Origin: Octopus sinensis
Lineage: Eukaryota
Assembly: GCF_006345805.1 (NCBI RefSeq)
Contig: NC_043001.1
Span: 48,670,001 to 48,734,000, forward strand
DNA: 64,000 nt
Reading direction: 5' to 3'
The notes under the pieces were generated by a model. The model searched no databases and was not told where the DNA came from. It saw only the letters and a list, made by a program, of their open reading frames with translations. The position numbers were made by a program, and so were the translations under genes. Position 1 is the first letter of the stretch. Each line of letters starts with the position of its first letter. This document shows positions 1 through 12,589 of the stretch, one piece after another.

Positions 1-110
1 AGTTGAAACGCTGTTTGATTATTCTTTTTAGCGTTGAATGTTAACCATCACACTTCCATTGCACATGCACACACATTCACATACCCCAACCATCCCACTT
101 TCATTGCACT

Positions 111-113
<3 letters not shown>

Positions 114-150
<37 letters not shown>
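114..150. repeat. (CA)n microsatellite
   Basis: Uninterrupted CA run. Confidence 0.95.
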
Positions 151-153
<3 letters not shown>

Positions 154-460
154 GCACATTCACATACCCCCCCCATTTTACATACACTCACATATTCACA
201 CAGAGTTTAAACACTGTTTGATATATTTTTTTCAGCATACAATTTTCATCATCGCACTATCAACTATGACATCACCCCTTCCTTTCTCATTCATAGACAC
301 AAGATTATGACTATAGTACATTATCTCAGTAAGCATGGGAGTTATGAAAAAAATACAAAGCCCAGCATCACCACCAGATCATATGTATAGATTTTCATGC
401 AATTCCACCCAACTGTTTGACCGTGAATCCCAAGACAAGAAAGAATCGCCCATGTCAAAT

Positions 461-588
461 TTATATGTATAGATATGTATATATATGTAATATATATATG
501 TGTATGTGTGTGTGTGTGTAATATATATAATATATAAATGTATATGTAATATATATAATATATAAATATATATGTAATATATATATAT

Positions 589-641
<53 letters not shown>

Positions 642-695
642 GTAATATATATAAAAATATATATATAAAACATATATATATAAAACATATATATA

Positions 696-735
<40 letters not shown>

Positions 736-811
736 GTAATATATATAAAAATATATATATAAAACATATATATAACACATATATGATATGTATATATATA
801 TATATATATGC

Positions 812-845
<34 letters not shown>

Positions 846-892
846 AATATATATGTGTAATATATATATAAGATATGTATATTTTATATATA
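461..892. repeat. Compound (TA)n/(TG)n microsatellite with internal higher-order duplications
   Basis: TA-dominated tract; the block aatgtaatatatataaaaatatatatataaaacatatatataacacat occurs twice. Confidence 0.9.
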
Positions 893-1200
893 CGATCGTG
901 AGGTTGTGAGCTCGAATCCCGGACCGGGCTGCGTGTTGTGTTCTTGAGCAAAGCACTTTATTTCAAGTTGCTCCAGTTCACTCAGCTGAAGAAATGAGTT
1001 GCGACGTCACTGGAGCCAAGCTGTATCGACCTTTGTCTTTCCCTTGGATAACACTGGTGGCGTGGAGAGGGGAGGCTGGTATGCATGGGCGACTGCTGGT
1101 CTTCCATAAACAACCTTGCCCGGACTTGTGTCTAGGAGGGTAACTTACTAGGTGCAATCCCATCGTCATTCATGACCGAAGGGGGTCTTTACCCTTTACC
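893..1200 (+). mobile_element. 5'-truncated tRNA-derived SINE (family A, long-tail variant)
   Basis: B-box-like gagctcgaatccc, body gtgttcttgagcaaagcactttatttc, tail gggggtctttaccctttacc; homologous copies at about 35615-35952 (+) and 39040-39215 (-). Confidence 0.8.
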
Positions 1201-1239
1201 CTATATTTTATATATATGTGTAATATATATATAATCACA

Positions 1240-1895
1240 TGGAAGAATGCGAGCATGAAAAGTAATATTCTTAAGATTATAAACCTGGAAAAGTACAGGA
1301 CAAGTTATTACACCTGTAAAAGTATAGAACAAGCTATTACTTCTAGTAAAGAATAAGAAACTTTTTACTTAAAATATTGCTGCAAAGAATGCCATTTCTT
1401 CTAATTTATAACTCTTTACATTTCTCATCTTTTAAATTTATTGTACAAAATTGTTCGGCTAATTTGTAAGTTTGTCTAATTAGTCACTTTTTTCTGTATT
1501 TAAGGTGGTAAATTAACCAAATTCTACTTAACCCTTTTTGTTTCAACCCAGCTGAAACCGGCTCTGGCTCTGTAGTACAAAGGTCTTGTTTTCATAAGTT
1601 TTGAATTAAAATCTTCTACCAAACCTTACGATTTATGTTCCTAACACTAGCTTAATGATAACTAAGTTATTTTTCTAAATTCTTTGTTATATTTAAAATA
1701 ATTAAAAGAAACACAGAGCATCTCAGGGTTTAATAAGTATAGTATTATTTGTAAACTATAAAATAAGTTTTAATATTCACATTTTAATTTTAGGTGCAAT
1801 ATTTGTCCTATACTTTTACAGGTGTAATAACTTGTCCTGTGCTTTTCCAGGTTTATAAACTTAAGAATATTACTTTTCATGCTCACATTTTTCCA
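1240..1895. repeat. 93-bp inverted repeat pair (1240-1332 / 1803-1895), probable foldback/MITE relic
   Basis: Arms reverse-complement with 5 mismatches by manual alignment. Confidence 0.8.
1532..1728. mobile_element. Degenerate TTAA-type (piggyBac-superfamily) MITE nested between the inverted repeats
   Basis: TTAA|CCCTTTTTGTTTC start and ...CTCAGGG|TTTAA end. Confidence 0.4.
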
Positions 1896-2034
1896 GGCAC
1901 TGCTGTTATACGATAATTAGTAATGTGTCAATTAATAATTTAAAGTTTTACCATATAAAATACTGAAAGATAATATTTTTATTTTTCCATGTAAGTGATG
2001 ATAATATTACAATTTTTTTAATGTTTAATTTAAA

Positions 2035-2577
2035 CTAGCAGCATAGCCCGGCGTTGCCCGGGTATGTAAGAGCCCCTAGTAGGCAACGACTAATCCCAAT
2101 CTAGTCCTTTCCCTCTAGGGAATGAAGGCACATGTGTAGGTTGCAATGTCCTCTGTGTATACGATGTTCCTAGCTGTCCCTTTGGGCGAAAACGCGATTT
2201 CCCAAAATGGCATGATTTTATCGATTTTTTTTCTGATGGTAAGGTATTGCATGGAAAACTAACGTCAGAATTAAGTTTCTTAGGGTAACATTAAGCTTCA
2301 CCATGAATTCGGTGAAAATCGATTGCAAGTTGCGAAAACTACAACAGAAAATGTGTTGCATATAAAAAGCTTAGATTCTCGACCCCATGTCGAATTTATC
2401 GATTTTTTTCAGAACTGGGGGAACTTTTCAAAAGTTTGCTGCATTAGTTTTGAATTATGAGATTGGGCTATGTGTGTGTGTCAAGTTTCATCAGAATCGG
2501 TTGAAAGCCGTGGTCAGGGTGAGGGTACAACCTGACAGACACACAGACAGACACACAGACGTTTATATATAGAGAGA
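2035..2577 (-). mobile_element. Non-autonomous Helitron (543 bp)
   Basis: Minus strand: 5' A|TCTCTCTATATATAAA followed by (TGTC)n; 3' hairpin CCCGG-GCAACG-CCGGG followed by CTAG|T; inserted between A and T with no TSD. Confidence 0.85.
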
Positions 2578-3706
2578 TATATGTTGTGATTGAATCATTT
2601 GATATTACCCATCCAAACCAAATTAATGGCAGGGATTCTTACCATGTTGTTAGTTGCACCATGGCTCACCAAAAGTTACAAACAAGACCCCAAAACCATC
2701 AGTTACAAGGCTCATCTTAAGTAACCTAAGTTTGTAATATTAGGTCACAAGGATTCATTCAATCAAAAAAGAATTTCCAATGATTCCAGGATTTCCAAAA
2801 TAAGGGATTTGCAGCATATTAGGAGGTCAGAGTACTTGATTCCATGCAAAAATCAAATTTTTTGTTTCCTTAGTGAAAATCGTACAGGTGTAAATATAGA
2901 AATTTACCATAATGTCGTTATTATCTAGCCTCAAATCAACCTTGTTATTGCAAACCTATAATCAAAGACAGCCTTCAGCAAACCATTTTTAAGGGACATT
3001 ACATACAATGGGCATGTGATTTAGGTAGGGGGATACTTTGGCTGGTACTTTTAGTGTGTCCAGTGACCAAGTAGAGGCTCTGTCATTGGTTGAATTTTGT
3101 AATGAGATTCTATCAGTATTGGAAGTTTGAAAGTGTTTAGTTAGAAAAAATTAATTAAATAGTCTGTAAGGCAAAGTCGACCTTGGCGAAATTTGAAGTC
3201 AGTACGTAAAGACGGACGAAATACTGCAAAGCATTTTGGCCAGCACTCTAATGTTTCTATTAGCTCGCCACCTTAGAATGTAGACATTCATTTTAGAAAT
3301 ATATTCTTTATTCTTATTGCGTAAGCGTTACTCCCTTCCTGACATAAAATTTCGTAATATTTTACTTCATAACTGTTTTTCTAACAATGCAACTAATAAT
3401 TCTGAATTCCTCAGCCTAAGAAAAGTATACTTTTAATTCAAAATTTAAAAATTTATGTTAATTGATTATGAATATCTGCCGTACTGCCCCCCTTGAGGTC
3501 GCAGATATTTTGATGAAACTTCTTTTCTACTGAACCAAATCTCAAAATATTTATGCTAAAGTGTAGCTGAAGGGATATCCTCTTTAAGAGTATTAGCAGT
3601 TTGCAATTTAGTTGAGAACTGAGTTAGTGGTGAAGCTTGGAAGTTGCTGTGATTGATGAAATGGTGAACTTAAGAATATATTCAACCACTACTGTGGTTG
3701 AATGAT

Positions 3707-3737
<31 letters not shown>

Positions 3738-3899
3738 AATTAAATTAGAGATAAAACCACTATTAGGCAAATCAAACAGTGAAAAACATAAACCAAATAA
3801 TAAAAATAAATATGTATATAATATACAAAATATATCAAATATAAAATTCAAAATTTAAATTATTTAAATTTAAAATTTTTAATTTATATTTATAAATGT

Positions 3900-3916
3900 T
3901 TATTTTTTATATATTA

Positions 3917-3958
<42 letters not shown>

Positions 3959-4240
3959 ATATAAAAGGGATATGTATTTATATGTAGTATGTATATCTAT
4001 GTGTGTGTGTGTGTGTGTAATATATATATATAATATATGGTATATATATAGTGGAAATGAAAAAGAAAAAATATATGGTATATAGAATACATATATATGT
4101 AATATATTACGTATAATGCATAGAATACATATAGATGTAATATATATATATATATAATACATAGTATATATATATATAGCATATATATGTATAATATATA
4201 ATATATATATATATGACATTATATGTATAATACATGATAT
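3900..4240. repeat. Compound (TA)n/(TG)n microsatellite
   Basis: Low-complexity TA/TG tract. Confidence 0.85.
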
Positions 4241-4241
4241 A

Positions 4242-4400
4242 TCTACTACATATGTGGAAAATCGGTGTGTTTGTTTGTGGCATTGTTAGCTAACTCCTCC
4301 AACATAGTTTTATTGATTTTGATGAGACTTGAAACGTGAGTAGAACTCCTGTCTAGAAACCTCGTGACATACTTAGATTGTTGAAAAAATCAATAACACG
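4242..4400 (+). mobile_element. Possible 5' end of another non-autonomous Helitron-like element
   Basis: A|TCTACTACATAT start, then GTGTGTTTGTTTG and aactcctcc...ttattgattttgatgagact, resembling Helitron/HINE 5' regions; no 3' CTRR end found. Confidence 0.3.
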
Positions 4401-5436
4401 GCTCTTGGAAGGATCTTTATACCTTCCGTATATAACTAATTTTTCTTAAACACCCAAGGGAAATAACCCATAGTACATGCACAATATTTTTTAAAACACT
4501 CAGGGGAAATAACCCATAGCACCTGCACTTAAACTTGTTTGTTTTAAGGGAAGGGATCAATATTTGATTCTCATGATCAGTTGACCTAATTCTGCATTTC
4601 ACTACTCACAGTTTTCAACTGCTAAACCGTATTATTGCACTTTCTTGAGGCATTTACATTTTCAATGCCCATAACTCCGATAATTCTGCATTTTTCCAGT
4701 TAAGATTTTCAATGACAGTCTATATATTTTTGATTCCAGAATGTATTTAATAAGTGTGTCCCAATACAATGAACTCATACTGTGAATGCTTAAAATTCTT
4801 AAAAAATGAAACCAAACTTCCACACCACATTCAGTTGGGGCACCCTGTATCACTTATACATATTTTACAAATAATAATATTTATTACGTATTTACAGGTC
4901 ACACAACATTTTCATGAAGCTAATTGAGCCATCACATTGATAAATATTTTACAGGTTTCATTGACTCATTCAGTCTTATTCTAACTTCAATAATGTAGAT
5001 ATGAAATCTAGTTGTAAAGGAATTATCATTTATGAAATTTAGTTTATGCACCAATACAAAGCGGAGGAAGGGAGTTAACCCTTATTTAATCCCCTATTAT
5101 CATTCTGTCTTCTCTGTAATTCTGAACTATTTTTCATTATTTTTTCTAAAAATCTCCTAGTAAACACGATTATAGAGCGTGCATACCAGTGTAAACATTG
5201 GCAAAAACACACCTTTAGTTCGTATAAGTAATCTCTATAATTATATATAATTTAAACATTAAATTTTCTTTTTATATTTAACATTCACTAAAAAAATATC
5301 CCTCCTCTTTCTATAGGCTACTTCTGATGTTATATCATATAACGTTTTTTCAAACAATATTAATAGTGTTCAGTAAATCACTATACATATCCATCATTTT
5401 CTGTTAAAATGTCTTATTGATGAGTTTCATTTCTTC

Positions 5437-5524
5437 ACTTCCCTGAAGAGAAGATTGCATTGTTTTATACCATTTATTCTTTTGGAATAATATCAGTGAA
5501 ATCTTTGAAACATGTGTCGGAAGT
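5437..5524 (+). ncRNA. Type I hammerhead ribozyme motif (near-intact)
   Basis: Stem I ACTTCC/GGAAGT; core CTGAAGA (5443-5449); stem II GAAGATT/AATCTTT; GAAA (5507-5510); short stem III ACA-TG-TGT; cleavage triplet GTC (C5518). Confidence 0.75.
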
Positions 5525-6002
5525 AAAAGTATTTGAATATACCTGTGTTAAACTCCATTTATTTATTTATATATACAAAAAATTCCACGCAAACCCGAAG
5601 TTTCTACCTCTTTACTTGTGTGATTTTTTTGCTACCCTGGTAACTATTTAACTATTTTTTCTGTATATGTATATTTATATGTATATAAATATATATATGA
5701 AATACATCTTGTATGTACAGTTAGGTGTAAGACAGCTTCCCCTCTGATGGTGTGATGATCCATTATAGTTAAGCATCCAATTGTACTTGGAAATCCAATG
5801 CAAAGGTTCAACCAACCACTACAGTGAAACATATGTAAGGAACAAATGATATAGACTTGTGTTGACCATAATTTCCCCTAAGCAGATAGCAGAACTTTCC
5901 AAATCCTGTCAAACCATCCATACCCAACCCAACCCAACCCAGCATGGAAAACAGACATTAAATGATGTTGAAGATTATACATATTTATTTTAATATATAT
6001 AA

Positions 6003-6800
6003 CCAGCTAAACTCCTGGGATTGCCAGAGTTATTGCTGTTCTTATTCAGATCAGTAGACAATAAGTATGAAGATTTTTTTTTTGTAATTATTTGAAAATA
6101 TCTATATTTTATTTTTAAAATATCCAAATTGTAATGATAATAGAATTTAGAAGTGAAAAATCTATCAATCTTGAAGCACCTCAGGGTAAACACTATTCAT
6201 TGTATTAATTTTTCCATTGGTGTTCAAATGAATAAATTGTTGCTGTTTCCAACTCGTGAACAACCAACATAGAGTTGGCCATGAGAGAAGCATGTAGTAG
6301 AAAGATGAAGTCAAACTACCTTGAGGGATTGACCCTGAAATTTGTTAATTGAAATAACAAAACTTAGTTTGACTGGAAACTGAAGCGTCTTAAATTCAAA
6401 TGGAACATCTGTAGGTATAAGAAGAAATATTGGAATAAAAATATTTTCTTTGTGACTTCCTGTTATGAGTGTTACCTATAGGACAAGGGGCTTCATGGAA
6501 GTAACAATTGAGTACCATTACACAGGCGAGGTGGATCAAGATTCCTAAGCAACATAATGGGAGCATCCAGTTTTAGTGTCAAGTTATGCAGTGGCATCAC
6601 AGTGGATTTATGTATGTTCAGAAATTGGACAAGGTATTGCACAGCCTGATCTTGATTAACTGTTGTGTGAATTGATGAAAAAGTTATTTCTGATGTATCT
6701 GTTAACTTTTGAAGTTCATGATTGAGTTTATCAACAATTTCATTAGTTGGAGCCAGTATAGCTCTTTCACATAGCCAGTTTACATCACTGTAATTGACAA
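6003..6800 (-). mobile_element. 3' portion of an autonomous Helitron (Pif1 helicase C-terminus plus 3' end)
   Basis: Helicase remnant followed by a degenerate terminal hairpin ctgg-caatc-ccag and CTGG|T at 6003, similar to the terminus of the element at 2035. Confidence 0.8.
6165..6800 (-). pseudogene. Helitron RepHel Pif1-family helicase fragment (frameshifts and stops)
   Basis: WLCERAILAPTN...APIMLLRNLDPPRLCNGT, then IPTDVPFEFKTLQFPVKLSF..INKFQGQSLKVV*...FSHGQLYVGCSRV and VYPEVLQD*. Confidence 0.9.
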
Positions 6801-6844
6801 TTACACATACAGTCTCACATTGACACACATTTATGTAATAAACT

Positions 6845-7330
6845 TGCAAACGCACACACATTCACAGACTCGTATACAAAATGTGCTGTGGTGGTGGTGG
6901 TATAAAATGTCCTTTACTATGTCATAGATAATGAATGTGCAAATACATACGCACTGTCAGATACATGCACACTCATAAACAAAATGTGTCATCGTACTAT
7001 AAAATGTCCATTACTATGTTGTACATAATGAACGCACAAACATACACTCACTGACAGACACATACACACTCTTATGAAAAATGTGTTGTCATCATGGTAT
7101 AAAATCTCCTTTACTATGCTGTACATAATGAATGTGCAGACACATACATACACTCATTGACACATAGACTCTCATATACAAAATGTGTCATCGTGGTGGT
7201 GGTGTGAAATGTCCTTTACTATGTTGTATGTAATGAACATGCTAACACACACACACACAACACACACACACACACACCACACACACACTCATATACAAAA
7301 AGTGATGTATAAAATGTCCTTTCTATAGTT
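6845..7330. repeat. Minisatellite, about 5 copies of a 97-105 bp unit
   Basis: Anchor tataaaatgtcctttactatg at 6901, 6998, 7098, 7203, 7308. Confidence 0.85.
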
Positions 7331-7496
7331 GACTATAGAAAGATTATTTTTGAGGAAATGTATTGTTTTAATCCAAATGAAAATAAATATTACATGTTGA
7401 CACTCGTGGGGTGTAATACTATTACCACAAAATTTGATTTGATTTGGTAGAACTGTTTGAGAATGCATAGGGAACAAAGAATTATATATATTGATC

Positions 7497-7760
7497 ATCA
7501 TCATTTGACATCCGTATTCCATGCTGGCATGGGTTGGCTGGTTTTATAGGAGGTGACAAGTCGAAGGGCTGTACCAGGCCACAGTCTACTGTTTTACCAT
7601 GGTTTCTACAGGTGGATGCCCTTCCTAATGCCACCCACTTTACAGAGTGTACTAGGTAACTTGGCATGGGACTGGCACAATCGATTTTTACACAATACCA
7701 TAAAGGTACTGTCTATGAGGTGCTGGCATGGGTACTTTTACATGATGTTGGCACAAACGC
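7497..7760 (-). mobile_element. RTE-LINE 3' tail fragment (degenerate)
   Basis: catcatcatttgacatccg...ccatgctggcatgggttgg...ggatgcccttcctaatgcc, homologous to 53808-53990; similar copies near 10480, 14870, 50690, 51040, 56545, 62060 (-) and 29990-30205 (+). Confidence 0.7.
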
Positions 7761-8139
7761 TTTTTACATGGTATCACAAGACCAGCAATTAAGGGAGGGA
7801 GTAAATCGATTACATCGACCCCCAGTGCTCAACTGGTATTTTCTATCATCCGAAAGGATGAAAGGCAACGTTCACTTTGGTGGAATTTGTATTCAGAACC
7901 TAAAATTGAACAAAATAATGTTAAGCATTTTGCCTGGCATGCTAATAATTCTGCCAATTCACATCATTAACGTATATATAATAGTATGATTGTTTTATGT
8001 TCAGTTATAATAAAAACAATTTTGCATTAATCTGAAGGATTACACCATGCTTTTGTAGAGTACAAATTTATTATTCTTTAACAAGAATAGTATTAACTTC
8101 GATATTTTGGCCAGCTAAGCTATCCTCCGACTTATTTGC

Positions 8140-8170
8140 ATGTTTGTGTATGTGTATTTATATACATATT

Positions 8171-8255
<85 letters not shown>

Positions 8256-8290
8256 ATAGATATGTGTGTGTATATATTTATATGTATAGA
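8140..8290. repeat. (TG)/(TA)n/(TG)n compound microsatellite
   Basis: Direct inspection. Confidence 0.9.
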
Positions 8291-8969
8291 TGTGGCTTTA
8301 TTTTCTCTCCTTGTTTCTTTCTGTGTTCCTTTCTGTGGAAGAGCGTAGGCTCGAAATGTTAAAGACTTTTTCACTTCCTGAGTGTTATACTAATACATGT
8401 TTGTTGTCTACACCACCTGTCTTTGTCTTTTGTTTTTTGTTTTTTTTGCGAATTCTCCCTATCTATTTATATATATATAGACACACAGAAGTTTATTATT
8501 AAAAAACATGCAACTCATACCAGATGTGTTGAATGCCACTTTTGTTTGTCTACATGCACACAAATATTAATGTACGCATGGAACCGCATAAAAATAAACA
8601 CTTTTTTTTAATGGAAATTGTCATGATTTTCATTATTTCATTTCACATTGACATAAGACATGGGCTCGAGGTAATTTCTAACTAGACATTGAGCCCTGTC
8701 ATTGATGCCTTGAATTGACAAATGAAGAAGTAATTTAAGAGTTTTATCTGAGTGTGTAGTTATTACATATATACACTGTATTATTTTTATTAGTATTATT
8801 TTTACTAATATTTAAAAAAATTAATTTATTTGTTATGCCTCCATTCCCATCAAGTGTTTTACAATATGTCTATTACAGAAATCAATAGCGGATGCTTCGA
8901 TCGAGAAGGACATCAATATTTTCACTTCTTTGATGACTTGCCAGCATTCAAAATCACACATGCACATAT

Positions 8970-9197
8970 AGGTATGTACACACATATAGACATACATGTG
9001 TATATCTGAATGTGTGCATGCATGCATGTGTGTGTGTGTGTGTGTGTGTATACACACACATACATATATATGTATATATTAACTTATATCTATATTTATG
9101 TGTATATATATGTATATAATACACACACATATATATACATAAATATAGATGTGAGTGAATATATACATATATATGTATGTATACATAATACATATAC

Positions 9198-9252
<55 letters not shown>
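8970..9252. repeat. Compound (TG)/(CA)/(TA)n microsatellite
   Basis: Direct inspection. Confidence 0.9.
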
Positions 9253-9255
<3 letters not shown>

Positions 9256-9554
9256 AATTTGAAATAACATTACGTTTATTTACTCATTTGTCATGCAGAC
9301 TACATAAAAACAATCCAAAATAATACAAAATAATACAAAAAAAAAAGGAGACGAGCCACTACAACATAGCAACGTGAAAGCAACTAATGGATGCAATCAG
9401 ACTGTGGGAAGTTTAAAGCTTTTCATTGTATACAGAAAGACTAGTACGAGGCCGCTGCAAATAGATAAGCTGACATTTTTCACTTTCAAAAGACACCATA
9501 TTGAAAGTAAATGCACTGAGTTTAGGTGGATTTATTCTACTATTTCAATTTTCT

Positions 9555-9650
9555 GCATATACACGTGTATGTATGCATATACACGTGTATGTATGCATAC
9601 ACACACACACATTCGTATATGCAGCACATATCTGCATTTGTATATATATG

Positions 9651-9689
<39 letters not shown>

Positions 9690-9861
9690 TTATATTTGTA
9701 AATATATATGTGTATATGTATATATGCATATTTATTCATGTATGTATATATATATATATGTGTATATGTAGATATGCATATTATTCATGTATGTATGTAT
9801 ATATATATATGTGTATATGTAGATATGCATATTTATTCATGTATGTATATATATATATATT

Positions 9862-9901
<40 letters not shown>

Positions 9902-9925
9902 TATTTATAAATGTGTGTCTATGTA
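9555..9925. repeat. AT-rich microsatellite with 20-bp and about 47-bp tandem units
   Basis: atatacacgtgtatgtatgc x2; gtgtatatgtagatatgcatatt(t)attcatgtatgt-like unit x3. Confidence 0.85.
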
Positions 9926-11065
9926 AGTATATATTTGTGTCTGGTGTACATTTTGTTTTTGATATATCTTTTTATTTCATCTTTTCTTTTCTTTTCATTG
10001 TTTATTATTATTTTGATATTTTCTTCACCACCACCACTGCCACTTCATACATTATCAATCTTTATTTTTAAATATCCCCTTAATGTTTCTCTTCTTTACT
10101 GTTTTTTTTTTTTCCTGGTCTTCTGTTTTTGTTCTTGTATTTCCTTCATTTTTTTTAAGAATATTTCTTCCTTCTTTTTCCTTCTTCTTTACTTCTTTTT
10201 ATTGTTGTCCTCCGTACACTCCTTTCCCTGCCCCAACCATCTTTCTTACTGTTTATTAATACCAGCAACTATTCTTCCTGATTCTAGTGTTGCTATGGAG
10301 CATAAAAGATTCACTTAAGACTTTGTCATATATATTCCTTTGTGGCGGCCAATGGATTTGAAGTTGTAGTTAATGTTGACAAAAGAAACAGCCAACACTC
10401 TTGCATATAAACATAAGCATATAAGCATCTGCATATGTTCATATGTGTGTGCATATTTATATATCATCATCATTATTATTATCATCATCATTTAATGTCC
10501 AAATTCCATGCTGGCATGGGTTAGACAGTTCAACAGAATCTGACTGGCATGAAGGATGAGTTAGTCTCTAATATCAGTTTTGGCAAGGTTTCTAAGGCTT
10601 GATGCCCTTCCTGTTGCTAATCTCTATACCAAGTGTACTTGGTGCTTTTTTTCCATTGAACCAGCATACATGTACGTGTAAGAGTACATGTGTGTGTGTG
10701 TGTGGTGGGGTATTATCTATAATTCTTAATGGCATTTGTCGAGTGCTTAAATGTTACGTGATCCTTCCTTCTTTGGTTTCAGAATAAGTTTGAATAGAGC
10801 ATGGCCAGTTTGGATAAAAATTTCATGTCACAATGCAGTTGTATGCTGTGAATTCAGTGTTTCCTCTAAATAATTGAAACGGTACAGAGTACTAGGATTA
10901 GGTAATTTTAAAATCATTTTGGATGGTTTATTATCCACATTCTGCAAATAATATAGTATGCATGGTGGCATTGTCTTCCCACCTTTTTATCCTCAGATAC
11001 TCTCCATGGCTCTCACCAATAAGAAACACTAGTAGTCAATAACTACTATTGCTATTACACAGCCA

Positions 11066-11217
11066 TTTCCGCCGAGGTCGACTTTACCTTTCATCCTTTC
11101 GGGTTCAATAAATAAAGTACCAGTTTCGCACAGGGGTTGATGTAATCGACTTAATCCCTTTGTCTGTCCTTGTTTGTCCCCTCTATGTTTAGCCCCTTGT
11201 GGGCAATAAAGAAATAT
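11066..11217 (+). mobile_element. SINE family B body (5'-truncated)
   Basis: ttccgccgaggtcgactttacctttcatcctttcggggttcaataaa...ttagccccttgtgggcaataaagaaata. Confidence 0.85.
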
Positions 11218-11771
11218 ATTACACAACCATTTAAAAAGTGAGTACATAGTCACTTGAGCTGCTATACTGTTTTATAAAATGATGTACACATCAGATCAGT
11301 GGGGTTCAAAATAACAGCTCTCCTGCTAGTGGTATATTTTGCTGTCTTCTCTTGATTAATGAGAAGATAGTTTGCATCTATTTAATTCTTTCTTTGTCAT
11401 GGTTTTCAGACAACTTCAAAAAGCTTAAATCGTTTTAATTTTAGTAAACACAGCAGTTTTTTTCCCCCTTTCCCCCAATCTCCACATGCCCTCCTCTGAG
11501 AAACATTGCATTTGATAATTTAGTCTTGTCATAGTGATAGCACTTTATAATCAGGTAATGATTCCTTTGTGTATATTGTTGAGTCGCAGTCCCTCTATAG
11601 CAGTGGTTCTTAAACCTTTTGTGACTTGGTGCTTTCCTTTCACAGAACAGTATTTTACAAATTCCCCCTCCTCCATGAGCTGAAAAAGGAGGGAAAAAAT
11701 AGGAAAAAATCCCAGAAAATTATGTTAATCATGTAGAAGTTAATTTCTTCTACACCATCCTGCATGATTTT

Positions 11772-11802
<31 letters not shown>

Positions 11803-11864
11803 CAAATATATAAAAACACTACACTTATTATTATATTAGATTTACATTCACCATTGAATGTTAA

Positions 11865-12076
11865 CTCTTTAGCATTCAGATTACTCTGTAAATGTAATGC
11901 TGATTTATTCACATGGTTTTGAATTAATCATGTGTTATCTCATAACTTTGAGATCTCAATGATGTGATAGTATATTTTCCGAATGACATTGTAGGATAGG
12001 TGTGAGATGCTGGATCTGGCCAGTTTGAACAATTAGAATATTTGGGCCGGATATGGCCAGTTCAAATGCTAAAGAG
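11865..12076. mobile_element. About 215-bp TTAA-type MITE
   Basis: TTAA|CTCTTTAGCATTCA...TTCAAATGCTAAAGAG|TCAA; homologous to the copies at 21968-22407. Confidence 0.8.
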
Positions 12077-12589
12077 TCAAAAGTTTCACTTCATTTTATA
12101 ATGCACCTATGTTAATTACAACATCCATTATGTTGAACATCTTCCAGATATCTAACTATAGGTTTATCCTCTTTGATAATTATTTTCGTGAATTGTTTGA
12201 AAGTTCTCAGATGATATGCCTTGAAGTTGATTCATAGGCAGGAGAAAAGAAGTATTTGGGGGGATAGATTTTACTCTTGCATTATCGGAGAACTCATTTA
12301 AGTTCATTGCGTAGCTTAATGCATTGTCTAAAAAAATTAGTGCTTTGTTGAAAATATCCTGTCTGACACTACATTTCTACAGCAAGACAAAAAAAATGTT
12401 TGTAAACACCTCTTTGGAAAGGCTCTAAGTTATATGCATTCTTAATCGAACACCAAATCAAAAGAAATTAAACTCTGTGTTGACTTTGAAATCTCTTGAA
12501 TTTTCAGAGCTGATGCATGAGCAGGGGCTTCAATTTCATAACATCAATGGCATTTTCTCTCAGAAAAAAAATGTGTGAGATGGATTTGG

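Noticed and set aside
342-956. Long ORFs rich in Y/I/H/T/C/V (also 3914-4219, 8132-8374, 9374-9926, 15685-16897)
   Set aside because: Translations of (TA)n/(CA)n/(TG)n microsatellites, which lack stop codons; no protein signal
6845-7330. Regularly spaced repeats as a CRISPR-like array
   Set aside because: Whole units are homologous (no unique spacers) and the context is eukaryotic; it is a minisatellite
9911-10318. 135-aa hydrophobic ORF resembling a membrane protein
   Set aside because: Arises from a T-rich low-complexity tract (F/L/S/I bias)
11601-11700. CAGTGGTTCTTAAACC hAT-like TIR start
   Set aside because: No matching right TIR or TSD found
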